64,000 nt of DNA from an uncultured Phycisphaerales bacterium (GTDB taxonomy: Bacteria; Planctomycetota; Phycisphaerae; Tepidisphaerales; Tepidisphaeraceae). The translations under genes and the position numbers were made by a program. A model generated the notes under the pieces. It did not search any database and was not told where the DNA came from. It saw nothing but the letters and a program-made list of their open reading frames with translations. The stretch spans positions 1,248,001 to 1,312,000 of the forward strand of contig CAWJPJ010000007.1 of the NCBI GenBank assembly GCA_963844715.1, in the 5' to 3' direction. Positions 10,112 through 21,745 of this stretch are shown piece after piece. The first letter of the stretch is position 1. Each line of letters opens with the position of its first letter.

Positions 10112-11590
10112 ATGCGTTTAATCAAGCGTGGTGTGTTGATCTGTGCGGTTCTGGCCGGTTGCACGGTTGGGCCGGATTACAAACAGCCGAAGATGACCCT
10201 GCCGGCGCAATTCAGCGAGGCGGCATCGGCGACGCGCCCGACCACCGAGGCGTCGGCGGCCGTCGCGCCGGGCCAGCAGGATTTCCAAAAGTGGTGGCAG
10301 ACGTTCGACGATCCGCAGCTTAATTCGCTCATCGACCGGGCCGTGAAGGGGAATCCGAACTTGATCGCGGCCGAAGCGCGCGTGCGCGAGGCAAGGGCGA
10401 ATCGCGGAATCGCGGCGTCGGCGTACTATCCGCAGATCAATGCGGATGGACAGTTTTCCCACTCGCGGGAAAGCTCGAATCTCCCGGGGCTGAGCGGCTT
10501 CGAATCCGGGGGCGGTTTTCCGGGGCAGGAGAGCGATCTGTTCGATGTCGGGTTCGACGCGTCGTGGGAAGTGGACATTTTCGGCGGAACCCGCCGCGGC
10601 GTCGAGGCGGCGGATGCTTCCATTCAAGCGGCCATCGAGGATCGCCGCGATGTCCTCGTCAGCCTGCTGGCGGAAGTCGCGTCCAATTACGTCCAGCTTC
10701 GCGGCGCTCAGCGGCAATTGGATGTGGCGCAAGCGAATTTGCACAGCCAGGAGCAGACGTTGACTCTGACGCGCAATCGGGCGGAAGGGGGGCTGTCTCC
10801 CTATTTGGATGTGGCGCAGCAGGAGGCCCAGGTCGCGGCTACCGCGGCGCAAATTCCGGGCCTCGAGACCCAGATTCGTATGAATATCCACCACCTGGGG
10901 ATTTTGCTGGGCCAGGACCCCGGCGCCCTCTCGCAGGAGCTAGGCCCGGCCGGCCCGATCCCCGTCGGACCCGGGGCGATTCCGCCGGGATTGCCGGGCG
11001 ATTTGCTGCTCCGGCGGCCGGATATTCGCCGCGCCGAAAGGCAGCTGGCCGCCCAGACCGCGGAGATCGGAGTCGCCACCGCGGATCTCTATCCGAAATT
11101 CTCCATCACCGGCACGCTGGGAGATGAGGCGAATCAGTTTCGAAAGCTCTTCGAATATTCGAGCCGCACCTATGAGATCGCCCCCGGCGTGACCTGGGAC
11201 ATTTTCGACGCCGGGAAAGTGAAGTCCAACATCGAAGTGCAAAATGCCCTACAGGCGCAGGCGCTGGAGGTTTACGTGCAGGCGGTGTTGCAAAGCCTCC
11301 AGGATGTGGACGATTCCCTGGTGGCCTTCAACCGCGAGCAGGTAAAACTCCAGTCCATCCGCCAGGAGGTCACGGCCGACCAGCGGGCCCTGAATCTCTC
11401 AACGGATTTGTTCGAGAAAGGCTCAACGGATTTCCTAAGCGTCCTCGATGCCCAGCGCACCCTCTTCGCCGCCCAAACCGATCAGGCGGTCAGCGAGCAA
11501 CAAGTTTCCCTGGATCTAGTGTCCCTATACAAGGCGCTGGGCGGCGGGTGGACGCAGGGGAACCAGGGAGACCACGCGAGTTCGCGGTAG
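10112..11590 (+). CDS. Outer membrane factor efflux lipoprotein (NodT/OprM family)
   Basis: Lipobox LAGC followed by TVGPDY; WW..FDDPQL, DASWEVDIFG, LLRRPDIRRAE and LYKALGGGW. Confidence 0.95.
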   Translation: MRLIKRGVLICAVLAGCTVGPDYKQPKMTLPAQFSEAASATRPTTEASAAVAPGQQDFQKWWQTFDDPQLNSLIDRAVKGNPNLIAAEARVREARANRGIAASAYYPQINADGQFSHSRESSNLPGLSGFESGGGFPGQESDLFDVGFDASWEVDIFGGTRRGVEAADASIQAAIEDRRDVLVSLLAEVASNYVQLRGAQRQLDVAQANLHSQEQTLTLTRNRAEGGLSPYLDVAQQEAQVAATAAQIPGLETQIRMNIHHLGILLGQDPGALSQELGPAGPIPVGPGAIPPGLPGDLLLRRPDIRRAERQLAAQTAEIGVATADLYPKFSITGTLGDEANQFRKLFEYSSRTYEIAPGVTWDIFDAGKVKSNIEVQNALQAQALEVYVQAVLQSLQDVDDSLVAFNREQVKLQSIRQEVTADQRALNLSTDLFEKGSTDFLSVLDAQRTLFAAQTDQAVSEQQVSLDLVSLYKALGGGWTQGNQGDHASSR

Positions 11591-11812
11591 TGAGAGGTCC
11601 CTTCGAGGTTGCGCGAGTTAGAAAAGAGCTGCGCCGCTTTTTTTTCAGATGTAGCAATCGGATGGCTATTCGAAGCATTTCGACTACAAATTTGCCTTCC
11701 ATCGAATATGTGGCATATTTGAATTCCGACTCTCAACCTTCGGCGCAAGTCTTCGCGCACTGGCGCGGCGTCTACGTACTTATCGCAGAACATCTAATGA
11801 CGGAGGGGTTTA

Positions 11813-12193
11813 ATGGGGATGATGAAGTGGACTTCGCTTTCGCTTATTGGAATGCTGTTACTCCAAGGCTGTTCTGCATTCCAGCCATCAGACCAGATGG
11901 TAACGATTATTGCATCAGAACAGGATGCAACTGTTTACGTTGACAATAACCCGGTGGGAACCAGTCCCGTATCGATCTCGCTGGAACGCGACAGATCGTA
12001 TGCCGTCAGCGCCAAGTATGGCGGACGTGTGGGAACAGCCGTGGTTGGCAGGAAAATCTCCGGCACCGGTGTCTTAGACATCGTTGGTACCTGCCTGTTC
12101 ATTGTTCCAGTTATCGGCTTATTCTCGCCGGGTTTCTGGGATTTGGACCCGACGACCGTTCACGTGCAACTTCCGCCAAGAACCGCGGATTAA
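11813..12193 (+). CDS. PEGA-domain lipoprotein
   Basis: Lipobox LQGC; ATVYVDNNPVGTSPV PEGA pattern; hydrophobic C-terminal hairpin. Confidence 0.7.
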   Translation: MGMMKWTSLSLIGMLLLQGCSAFQPSDQMVTIIASEQDATVYVDNNPVGTSPVSISLERDRSYAVSAKYGGRVGTAVVGRKISGTGVLDIVGTCLFIVPVIGLFSPGFWDLDPTTVHVQLPPRTAD

Positions 12194-12345
12194 CAGAAGG
12201 TTCCCGAACCAATCGATTCACGCCGCGGCCACCGATCAAAGGCGGTCATAAAGGGGTCACTTCCCGAAATGACCGAAATGCGCTGGAGAATAGGGCAAAT
12301 AGCGGGAAATCAGCGACCCCCCCTATTTACAAACCGCCCGCCCCC

Positions 12346-13150
12346 TCACCCCACCTTAGGCGGAAACTGCGGCTGCGGAATCAGGCACGCCCCCTGCGGT
12401 TCAATCGACGCCATAATCGCCGCCCGATCCTTCTCCATTGCCAGACGCGTCAGCATCTGCCGCAGAAGGATTCGACGCCGAGCCCGGTTGCGCGCGATGT
12501 ACGGATGAAGAACCGCCATCTCCTCCGCCGTCATCGCGTACGCGACGATCATCTCGTCGTCCGCCGCGCCCATCGACGCCGCGTTGAGGATCGTCTCCAA
12601 TCGTTTGTCCCATTGCTCCGTAGTACATCCCGACGGCCGGATCGAGCTCCATCCGGGCGGCTGCGAATTCGTCGTTCCATTTTCCGATGTCGTCCATGGC
12701 TTCTCGGGCGAGATCGGTTCGCGCTGCTTCCTCACTGGTCCTGGCATGAATTCTGTCACGATGCACCTCCTTTTCCGTTGGACCCACCGGCGGCGGGGCC
12801 AGCACTCCCAGCTTTTCCAGCAACTTCACCGCGGTACGCGTGTCCCCGCGCCGCAGCGCCAGCGCAACATTGCTGGTCGCAAGGTCCGTCATCATCACCA
12901 GCCGTGTCCGCGCGCATTGCGCCAGATCGCGCTTCCACAGATCCAGTGCGACCCGGAAGGGATGGGCTCCGTCCAGCCATTGGTAAATGGTTTTTCTCGA
13001 AACGTCCGCCGCCGCCGCCGCAGCGGTGATCGTCCCCCCTCTCATGAGCACCTGCAGCGCAATGGATTGGTCCACATCCAGCCCCTCCATCAAGCGACTC
13101 AGTTCCTTGCCTTCCTCATCGTCATCCTGCGTGGCAATTCGCCGATCCAT
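12346..13150 (-). CDS. Hypothetical helix-turn-helix protein (probable frameshift ~12645)
   Basis: QSIALQVLMRGGTITAAAAAADVSRKTIYQWL HTH. The C-terminal part continues in ORF 12346-12759. Confidence 0.6.
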
Positions 13151-13508
13151 AACTTGTCTCCTTGGGACGGCATAGAAGCCGCCGCCATAATCCGGAAAAA
13201 AACGTCGTTCCCTACATAAGGGTGCGCAACCTGAAGGTTTTCGCGCCCTTTCCAGCCCGCGAAATCCCGGCAAGCCGCCTATGCCCGCGTAATGGCTCGA
13301 CTTAGACGAACTTCAAATTTATTTATTTTTATTTGCCCGCTGTCTGCGACCGCCATTCCGCTACGCAAATCACCCAGACCCCCTAATACGCCAAACGCAG
13401 CCAAAGTGTAACCTTTTGGCGAAAACCAAATCGTTCCATCAAAAAAATCGGATGCGCGGCGCAAATAAAATCCTCGACATCGACCGTTCGTTGAACTCGC
13501 CAAACATT

Positions 13509-15294
13509 TCATCGCCGAAACGCGCAGCCGCCTTTTAGGCGGTAAGTGAGACCGGTGTCCGCATCAAGAACCCAGGCGTTAATGGTCGTGTTCTTAATTT
13601 GCGGCGGAATTTCGGCCGGGACGAATCTGGCTTGCCAGCCGGACCATTCGTAAATGGGTTTCCCGTAGCGCTGAAGGATATCCTTGCGAAGGGCGTTGGT
13701 TCTCGCCGGGGCGAAAATGATCGGGCGTCCGCTGGAATCCTGGTAGGTGAGAACGACGCCGTCGGCAAATTGCATCGTGTCTCGATTGATCGCCCAGCCG
13801 CTTACGTCAATAAATCCGCGCGGGTCGGCCGCGCAACCGTCCAATTGCCCGACGACGGGCGCATTCTCGCCGTCATCGCGGGCCTCGAGTTGGCTCGCGT
13901 CGTCGGTTTGAGTCAGGGGAGGATGCAAATACCCCATCTCATTCAAAACGTGCGCCTCGGGAATTACGTTCTGGGGGATGCCAACCAAATAAGGAATTAA
14001 AGGATTATTCGGCAGCTCATCCACCAAAAGCAGTGCGGCCTTCCCCTGCCGTTGGGTCAGGCGGGTTGTCCAGCAGGCGTCCAAAACTTTTGGAACGGCC
14101 AGTCCCTCCAGGACAACAAGAGCCAGAACCAGGCCGCAAAGCGTTACGTTCGCCACCGCGTGGCGGGGAAACGACGCGCCCGCGACCCAATCCGCCGCGA
14201 CGATAGGGATCAGAACCACCAGCGCCAACGGCAAGTAGACGGCAAAGGCGATATACCGGGAAGTGATCGCCTGTTCCGCTCCATATTCGGCGCGAAAAAG
14301 ACGCCATCAAGCCGCTAAGCAGCGCATAAGCGGCGACGATGAACCAGACGATCATTCGATCGCATAACTGCTTTCGCCCGGTCGTCCAGGCCCGCGCGAA
14401 GTATGCTGCGAGGGATAGAAGCATCGCAAACATCACAGCGCCCAGCACGGCACACGCGACGGTCGCGGAGTAGTGAATCGCGTGGGCAAATGGGCTGCCC
14501 ATGAAGACCAGGTTGTAGAGCAGCCGATCGAGAATGCCGATGCCGCCGGAATATTTAGCCGAACTCGGCGGCGCGATGTAATGATGGAAATAGAATCCAA
14601 CGCACAGAAGACAGGCGGCGATCCACGCGAAAACTGCCGCCGATTTTTTGGGCCTATCCAAATCAGCACGCACGGACCAGAGCAGCAGAATGCCCGTAAG
14701 CGGCCAGGCGAGCAGGCCGTTGCCGAAGCAATAGGTGGATGCGGCGGCGAGCACGATGCACAACGCGAGTTTCGACGGCAAAGGCAGACGAGATATCGCG
14801 ATCAGAAAAGACAGAAACAGGATCGCGGTCAGCATCCACTGGTCCAGCCCGATGCCCCAAAGCCAAATCTCGAATTGCAGCGGGGAGAAGATGAGCAGAT
14901 TACAACAGAACCAAATGGGAAGAATTCTTGCGTGTGTCGCCAGTGATTTGCGGATCAACGCCAGGACCACCAGCGAGGTCACGCATGCGCAAGCCCACCC
15001 CATCAGAAGAACGGCGAAGTTGTTCCAGTGCGTCAGAGGATTGGTCAGCAGCAGCAAGAGCCTGGGCACGACGATCCGATGCTCGTTATTTTGGACGAAC
15101 AAATCGGCCAGCGTGGCTTGATGATTGTGGAATTTAACGAACAGCCCCGCGATGCCCGGATCCCATTCGTCATAACGGTGGAAATCGACGCCGTAACGGT
15201 GGATAAGAAGCAGGGGCCCGGCGGCCGGCAGAACTGCGAGCAAGATGCGTATTGATCGCCAAAACCTGGACGTAGAAATTGAGTTGCTCGGCAA
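13509..15294 (-). CDS. Polytopic membrane protein, GT-C-like, with periplasmic C-terminal domain (frameshift ~14280)
   Basis: GVDFHRYDEW...QNNEHRIVVPR luminal loop, about 12 TM segments, then a soluble tail containing VSGWA. Confidence 0.65.
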
Positions 15295-15456
15295 GGGGAG
15301 TGCCCCGAGGAATTTTAGGACTAGCTAAAAGAACAAATGATACTCGCAATCAGAAGATCGGTATAAATCCAGCCGCCACCCATCCGGCAGAAACGCTTGG
15401 AAGACCGGGAGGAAGAGATAAGTGCGCGAGCGTTATATGACAAGGGGATCGGCGCG

Positions 15457-15489
15457 AAAAAAGCCCCGGGCGGTTTGTCCCGGGGCTTG
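15457..15489 (-). terminator. Rho-independent terminator downstream of degP
   Basis: aagccccggg/cccggggctt stem with an A6 run on + (U tract on -). Confidence 0.65.
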
Positions 15490-15526
15490 CCGAAAAAGTT
15501 AGAGCATTTCGGAATGTCGGGAAGAA

Positions 15527-15566
15527 CCCTCACCCCGGCCCTCTCCCTGGGTACAGGGAGAGGGGG
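15527..15566. repeat. REP-like palindromic element (CCCTCACCCC..CCCTCTCCC..GGGAGAGGG type)
   Basis: ccctcaccccggccctctccctgggtacagggagaggggg; a near-identical inverted copy lies at 29841-29880. Confidence 0.8.
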
Positions 15567-15575
15567 AAGAGCGAG

Positions 15576-17143
15576 TTACTGATCGCCATCTCCATTCTGT
15601 AGGAACACAAACCGCGAGACGACGTGGCCGGATTGTTCGTCGCGGCTCACAACATACAGCCGCACGCCTTTGTTGAGGTCGGCCGTTCCCAGGGCGGTTG
15701 CGGCATCCTGGGCGTTGTGGATGGCGGTTCGGAAGACCATGGTAATGACGTCGCCCGGTACCAAGCCGGCTTTTTCCGCGGCGGAGCCGTGGGCGACATC
15801 GGTGATGATCGCGCCGGAGTCGATGCCAAGTTTGTCGGCGGTCGGTTTATCGAGCGTGCCTAGCGTGAGGCCCATTACCTGGGTGGGCTGGGCGACGGCG
15901 GAATTATCCTGACCGGGGGCTGCACCACCCTGCTCCATGGCGGCTTCCAGGTCCTTGGGCTGGTTGCCGATGACGATATCCACGTCCTGATCCTTGCCGT
16001 CGCGGAAGACTTTCAAGGTCGCCTTGGTCCCAGGGGCGGTGCCGGCGACCAGGAATCGCAGTTGCTGGGAGTTGGCGACGGCCTGGCCGGCGAAAGCTTC
16101 GACGATGTCGCCGGGGAAGAGTTTTCCGGTCGCCGGGCTGTCCGGGCCAACTTCTTCGATGAGGACGCCTTCATTGCCGGTGTAACCGAAGCTCTTGGCC
16201 TCTGCCGAGAAATCGGCGACGTCGTGCAGGCTGACGCCGAGCCAGCCGCGGACGACGGTGCCGTTGGTCTTCAGGGAGTTGTAAACGGTACGGGCGTCGT
16301 TGGAGGGGATGGCAAAGCCGATACCCTGGAACCCGCCGCTGCGCGTGGCGATGGCGGTGTTGATGCCGACGACTTCACCGCGGATGTTAACAAGGGGTCC
16401 GCCGCTGTTGCCGGGGTTGATGGGGGCGTCAACCTGAATGAAATCTTCATAGCCCTGTCCGCCCATGATAATGTCGACATGGTCGCGTTTGAGGGCGGAG
16501 ACGATTCCGTGAGTCATAGAGCCGACGTAGCCGAACGGGCTGCCGAAGGCCATGACCCAATCGCCGACTTCGAGTTCATCGCTGTTGCCCCAGCGTGCTG
16601 GAATGAGCCGATCAGCCTTGATTTTGAGGACGGCCAGATCGCTCTTGGGATCGGTGCCGAGGACGGTCACGTCTTTATTAGAGATTTTGCGACCGTCGGA
16701 GAGGAGCACATCGATGGTGCTGGCGTCACCGGCGACGTGATTGTTGGTGAGGATGTATCCAAAGCCGTCGGCGGTGTCCATGATGACGCCGCTGCCGGTG
16801 CCGATTTCTTCCTCGGGCGCGCCGTTATCGGGATTGCCGGGGAAGGGGAAACCATGTTGCTCGAAGAAATGGCGCAGGTCTTCATCGGGTTGTGGGGCGC
16901 CCGCGGTTTGAATGGTCTTCTTCACGTCGATCTGCACGACGGAGGGTTCGACCACTTTATCGACGTGACGGAATACGGTGGAAAGGTCTTCGACGGTGTT
17001 GAGTTCCTGGCGGGTGTTCTCGACGGTAGCCTCGGCGCGAGCAAACTCGACGCGTTCGAGGAGGGGTCGGCCGCCGAAGTAACCGGCGGCGAGACGCCCA
17101 TCGCAAACAGACCTACCACGGCCCTGGATCGAACTGGATTCAT
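15576..17143 (-). CDS. degP: DegP/HtrA serine protease with two PDZ domains (frameshift ~17095)
   Basis: GSGVI, TNNHV, DLAVLKI and IQVDAPINPGNSGGPL triad motifs, then PDZ domains. N-terminal signal lies in an adjacent frame. Confidence 0.9.
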
Positions 17144-17162
17144 AAGCGTTGCTCCTGATTGA

Positions 17163-18035
17163 TCAAAATGGTTTCTCGTTTTTTTCGGCGCGAATAAAGG
17201 CCGATTTCTCCTCACGCGGCATTTCGTACAGATGTTCTACGGAAGGATATTTGCCATCGTTCACCATCCGCACATATTTCGCAAAGCACTCGACGAGCGG
17301 CGCCGCGATGTCACCAAGTTCGGGGACAAATCGCGGCTTGTTTCCGGCGGTTAAGCCGAGGGCATCATGCGTCACGAAAACGTGACTGTGGCACGCCGGC
17401 CCTGCCCCGCAGCCGATGACCGGAATCTGGACCGCGTTCACGACGGCCTGGGACGTTTCCGGCGGCACGGCCTCAAGCAGGATCGCGGCCGCGCCCGCAC
17501 GTTCCATTTGTGCGGCGGCGGAGACGATCTGCTCGGCGTCGTCCGCGGTTTTGCCGCGGGCCTGATAACCGCCCGATAAACCGATCGTCTGCGGCCGGAG
17601 GCCCAGGTGTGCAATCATCGCGACACCGGCGTCCGAAAGGCGCGAAATAAGCCGCGCATGGCGGACAGCCGCCTCTATTTTTACACAGTCGCACCCTGAA
17701 AGTTGCACCATACGAACTATGTTTCGGAAGCCCTGGGAGAGGGAAGCCTGGTAGGAACCGAACGGCATGTCCGCTATTACCAAGCAGTTGGGCGCACCCA
17801 GGCGTACGGCTTTGGTGATTTCGATTAGAAAATTGAGGGAAACGGATAATGTGTTGGGGAGGCCGAGGATGACGTTGGCGGCGGAATCCCCAACGAGGAG
17901 GGTTGGGACGCCCGCCTGCTGCATCAGGCGGGCCATTTGAAAGTCGTAGCAGGTGAGCATGGGGATTTTTCGCCCCGATTTGCGGGCTGCCCGCAGGTCG
18001 TTGATGGTGAATTTTCTGGCCGGGAATTCGGACAT
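17163..18035 (-). CDS. panB: 3-methyl-2-oxobutanoate hydroxymethyltransferase
   Basis: MLTCYD, LLVGDSAAN, ADMPFGSY, AHLGLRPQ and PVIGCGAG motifs. Confidence 0.95.
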   Translation of the reverse strand: MSEFPARKFTINDLRAARKSGRKIPMLTCYDFQMARLMQQAGVPTLLVGDSAANVILGLPNTLSVSLNFLIEITKAVRLGAPNCLVIADMPFGSYQASLSQGFRNIVRMVQLSGCDCVKIEAAVRHARLISRLSDAGVAMIAHLGLRPQTIGLSGGYQARGKTADDAEQIVSAAAQMERAGAAAILLEAVPPETSQAVVNAVQIPVIGCGAGPACHSHVFVTHDALGLTAGNKPRFVPELGDIAAPLVECFAKYVRMVNDGKYPSVEHLYEMPREEKSAFIRAEKNEKPF

Positions 18036-18102
18036 ATGGGGAATTGTAGCATCGGCAGAGGGAGATTGAATTATGCAGTCAGAGGGCGAGAATCCGCGTG
18101 CA

Positions 18103-19269
18103 ATGCGGCAATTGGCGACGAACTTACCGATTAATGCGTATACGGGGTGGGGGGTATACGGGCTGAATCTGGCGATGCAGGCCCTCTGTCAGGGGGTGAT
18201 GCCGGTCATCGTCGAGACGCCGAAGTGGACGACCGTGCATCCGTTTGATCGGGCATTGCTGGCCCTGGCGGAGCCGACGCGGCTGGATTTCCAGAAGTGC
18301 GCGGCCGCCGATCCGGAGGCGGTGCTTCAGGTGGACGGGCCGGTGCTGCTGGCGCTGGGGAATCAGCTTGGACCGGATTCGGTGGGGTGGAAACTTCGCG
18401 GGGAGGAGTTGTACGCGACGGTCTTCATGGAGGATCCCGTGCTGAATCCGGGCGCGATTGAGAAAGCGAAAGCCTTTCGAAAGATTCTGTGCGGATCGAG
18501 GTGGAACCAGAAGATTTTGGAGTCATACGGGATTCGAAATTGCGCGACTGTGATTCAGGGGATCGACCCGTCGCTCTTTCATGTGCGGCCGAAGTCGGGA
18601 TTGTGGGAAAATTATTTCGTGATCTTCTCGGGCGGGAAATTGGAATATCGGAAGGGGCAGGACATTGTGATCGCGGCCGTGCGGGAGTTTCAGCGGCGGC
18701 ATCCGGACGCGTTTCTGGCGTTCGCGTGGCAGAATGCCAATCCGGACACCATGCGGGAAATTGACACGGCGGGATTGGTGACGGGATCGCCGGAGGCGCT
18801 GGCCAGCGGGCTTGCGGATTTGGGTCCCTGGTTGAGCCGGCAGGGAGTGGCGCGATTTGTCGATCTGGGTCCGCAAATGAATTGGCAGATCGGGGCGATG
18901 CTGCGGGATGTGGACGTGGCGATTTTTCCAAATCGCGCGGAGGGGGGGACAAATCTGGTGGCGATGGAATGCATGGCGTGCGGGATTCCGACCATTTTGT
19001 CTGCGAACACGGGGCACTTGGATTTGATCTCGGACGAGGTGTGTTACGCGTTAAAAGAACAAACGACGCCGCGCGCGACGGGGACATTTAAGAATGTCGC
19101 GGGATGGGGAGAGTCGAGCGTGGAGGAGTTGATCGAATTGCTGGAGCAGGTTTATCGGGATCGGGACGAAGCGCGGCGGCGCGGAGCGGCGGCAGCGGCT
19201 TTGATGCAACGATTGACGTGGGAAAAGCAGATCGAGCTGCTTCTCGGTGAGCTTAATCTACTGACTTGA
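18103..19269 (+). CDS. Glycosyltransferase family 4
   Basis: GKLEYRKGQDIV and FPNRAEGGTNLVAMECMACGIP (E-x7-E motif). Confidence 0.85.
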   Translation: MRQLATNLPINAYTGWGVYGLNLAMQALCQGVMPVIVETPKWTTVHPFDRALLALAEPTRLDFQKCAAADPEAVLQVDGPVLLALGNQLGPDSVGWKLRGEELYATVFMEDPVLNPGAIEKAKAFRKILCGSRWNQKILESYGIRNCATVIQGIDPSLFHVRPKSGLWENYFVIFSGGKLEYRKGQDIVIAAVREFQRRHPDAFLAFAWQNANPDTMREIDTAGLVTGSPEALASGLADLGPWLSRQGVARFVDLGPQMNWQIGAMLRDVDVAIFPNRAEGGTNLVAMECMACGIPTILSANTGHLDLISDEVCYALKEQTTPRATGTFKNVAGWGESSVEELIELLEQVYRDRDEARRRGAAAAALMQRLTWEKQIELLLGELNLLT

Positions 19270-20491
19270 CGGGCTTGGGGCCTAGCGTCGCGATGGTCAT
19301 CGGGTCGAAGGGAAACTCTCGGGTAAGTTCGCGCAGCGATTCCGGGGAGACGGCCAGGAGGGTTTCCATGTCTTGTTCGAGGGAGCGGTATTCTTTCGTG
19401 TAGACCCAATTACCGGCCATGGAGCGCATGCGGCCCATGGGGAGTTCACCTTCCAGGACGATGGCGCTGGCGATTTTGTTCTTGGCGCGCTCGACTTCTT
19501 CGTCAGTGAGATCTTTTTTCACGCGCTGGAGTTCGTCGCGGGCGATTTTGAGGGCTTTGGCGGTGCGTTTGGGTTCGGTGGTGAGGGACAAATAAAAGCT
19601 GCCGCAGCCGTCGTGGGGATAGAAGCCGAAATCGGCGTCTTCTGCGATGGCGTTGTCGACCAGGGCCCAATAGAAGCGGCTGCCCTCGGATTCGCCGATG
19701 ACGTCGCCGAGGACTTTGGCGGCGAAGCGACGCTCGTCTTGGGCGGAGGGGCCGGGGGTGAGGGCCATGGTGTATTGGCGATTCAGTTTTTCGTCGAGAA
19801 TGATTTTGCGATTGGGTGAATAGACGGGGACAGAGTGATCGCGTTTGATCCCGCAGGGTTTCCAGGAGCCGCAGAATTCTTCGGCCATGGCGACGAGTTG
19901 GGAAAAGTCGAGTTTCCCAGCGGCGGCCAGGACCATGTTGTCGGGGCCGTAATGGTGCTGGAAATAATCGACCATCTGTTCGCGCGTCAGCGCGCGGATG
20001 GAATCGGCCGAACCGATGACGCTCATTCCCAGGGGATGATCGGCGAAATGCTCGCGCATGACGGCGTCGTAGATTCGGTAGCCCGGGTCGTCCTGGTGCA
20101 TGGCGATTTCTTCGAGGATGACCTTTTTCTCGGTGTCGAAATCCTCCTGGCGGATGGCGGGGCGGAGGAGGTGGGACAGATGCTCGACGACGCGGGCGGT
20201 GAATTCGGGCAGGACGTTCGCGTAATAGGCGGTGTTTTCCTGAGTGGTAAAGGCGTTATAGCGGGCGCCGATTTCGTCGAAGATGCGATTGACGTCTTCC
20301 CAGGTATATCGCTTTGATCCTTTGAACATCATGTGCTCGAGGAAATGGGAAACGCCGTTGATTTTGGGCGGCTCATCGCGGCTGCCGGTGTTGACATAGA
20401 GCCCGGCGGCGAAGGAATGGGCGTCGGCGTCGGATTCGGCGATGACGTCCAGGCCGTTGGGGAGGCGATGATGATGGAATTTCAGGGGCAT
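19253..20491 (-). CDS. M16 (pitrilysin family) zinc peptidase, catalytic subunit
   Basis: GSRDE..GVSHFLEHMMFKGS (HxxEH), NAFTT and EKKVILEE motifs. Confidence 0.95.
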   Translation of the reverse strand: MPLKFHHHRLPNGLDVIAESDADAHSFAAGLYVNTGSRDEPPKINGVSHFLEHMMFKGSKRYTWEDVNRIFDEIGARYNAFTTQENTAYYANVLPEFTARVVEHLSHLLRPAIRQEDFDTEKKVILEEIAMHQDDPGYRIYDAVMREHFADHPLGMSVIGSADSIRALTREQMVDYFQHHYGPDNMVLAAAGKLDFSQLVAMAEEFCGSWKPCGIKRDHSVPVYSPNRKIILDEKLNRQYTMALTPGPSAQDERRFAAKVLGDVIGESEGSRFYWALVDNAIAEDADFGFYPHDGCGSFYLSLTTEPKRTAKALKIARDELQRVKKDLTDEEVERAKNKIASAIVLEGELPMGRMRSMAGNWVYTKEYRSLEQDMETLLAVSPESLRELTREFPFDPMTIATLGPKPVKSVD

Positions 20492-20499
20492 GAGGGATT

Positions 20500-21735
20500 T
20501 TATGAGGGCGTTTTGAGTTCGGTGGGCCCGACGGTGACGATGGTGAAATCCTTGGGTTCGGTGCGGCGGAGATAGTCATTGATGCGGTCGGGGGTGACTT
20601 CATCGATGGCGGATTTGATTTCGTCGAGCGGGCGCATGCGGCCGCGCATGAAGAAATCGTGGGCGATCGCGCCGGCGCGGGCGGAGGTGGATTCGCCGTC
20701 CATGATGAGGCTGGCTTTGAGGCCGATTTTGCGCGATCGAGTTCCTGTTGGGTGACACCTTTGGCGAGTCGGCGGATTTCCGCCAGGAGGCAATCGAGTG
20801 TGGCCTGGGCGCGTTCGTTGCTGGTTCCCGCGTAGGCGAGGACGCCGGCGAAATTCTTCAGGCTGCTATACCCGGCCCAGACGCTGTAGCAGAGGGCGCG
20901 TTTTTCGCGGATTTCGGTGAAGAGGCGGCCGCTCATTCCGCCGCCGAGAACTTCGATGGCGAGGCGGACGACGTAGTAATCGGGGTCGGTCTCGAGAACG
21001 GACGGGTAGGCGACGCCGATGTGGGTCTGTTCGCTCTTTTGCAATTCGTGGTGTTTTTTTTGCTTCGAGGGAACGGATTCGATCGCCTTGCGGCGCGGCA
21101 GAGGGCAGGTCGGCGAAATATTTTTCGATCTCGGATTTGAGGGGATCGAAATCAACATTTCCGGCCACCGCGAGAATGGCGCCGGAGGCCTGATAGCGGC
21201 GCTGCCATTCGGTTTTGGCGTCCTTGAGGGTCAGGGATTTCAGGTCTTTGACTTCGCCGACGGGGTTTCGGCCGAAGGGAGCGGGCAAGAAAAATTGGCG
21301 AAGTTTGACAAGCAACATTTGCCGCGGATCGTCGGCAAGACTTTCGAGGGCCTGAAGGGCGAGATCGCGCGCGGCTTCGAAGCCGGTTTTGGGGAGTTGC
21401 GGGCGGCGGATGATGTCGGCGTAAGCCGGGATGCTCTCCATGACGCGGCCGGCGACGGCTTCGCAGGCGAAGCGGGCGTGATGAACGCCTACGCCGCTGG
21501 AGCGGTGCAGGCCAAGGCGGTCGAGATGATCGCTAAGTTGGCGCGTATCGCGGTCGCCGGCGCCGCGGATAACGAGATCGGCCAGGACGGTGGCGCAGCC
21601 GGATTTTCCGGGCGGATCGCCGGCGGCGCCGGCGACGAGTTGGATCGCCATGGCGGCGGATTGCACGCCCGGCATCTTTTCGCAGAGGAGTGTGAGTCCG
21701 TTGGAAAAGGTGTGCTGAAAATAGCGTTCGGGCAA
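20500..21735 (-). CDS. M16 peptidase, non-catalytic partner (frameshifted)
   Basis: M16 fold with VLGGGMSGRLFTEIREKRALCYSV; lacks HxxEH; spans three frames. Confidence 0.85.
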
Positions 21736-21745
21736 TGGTGCTCCC

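Noticed and set aside
19253..21735. M16 peptidase pair with one member lacking HxxEH
   Set aside because: This is a well-known catalytic/non-catalytic heterodimer arrangement and is not novel.
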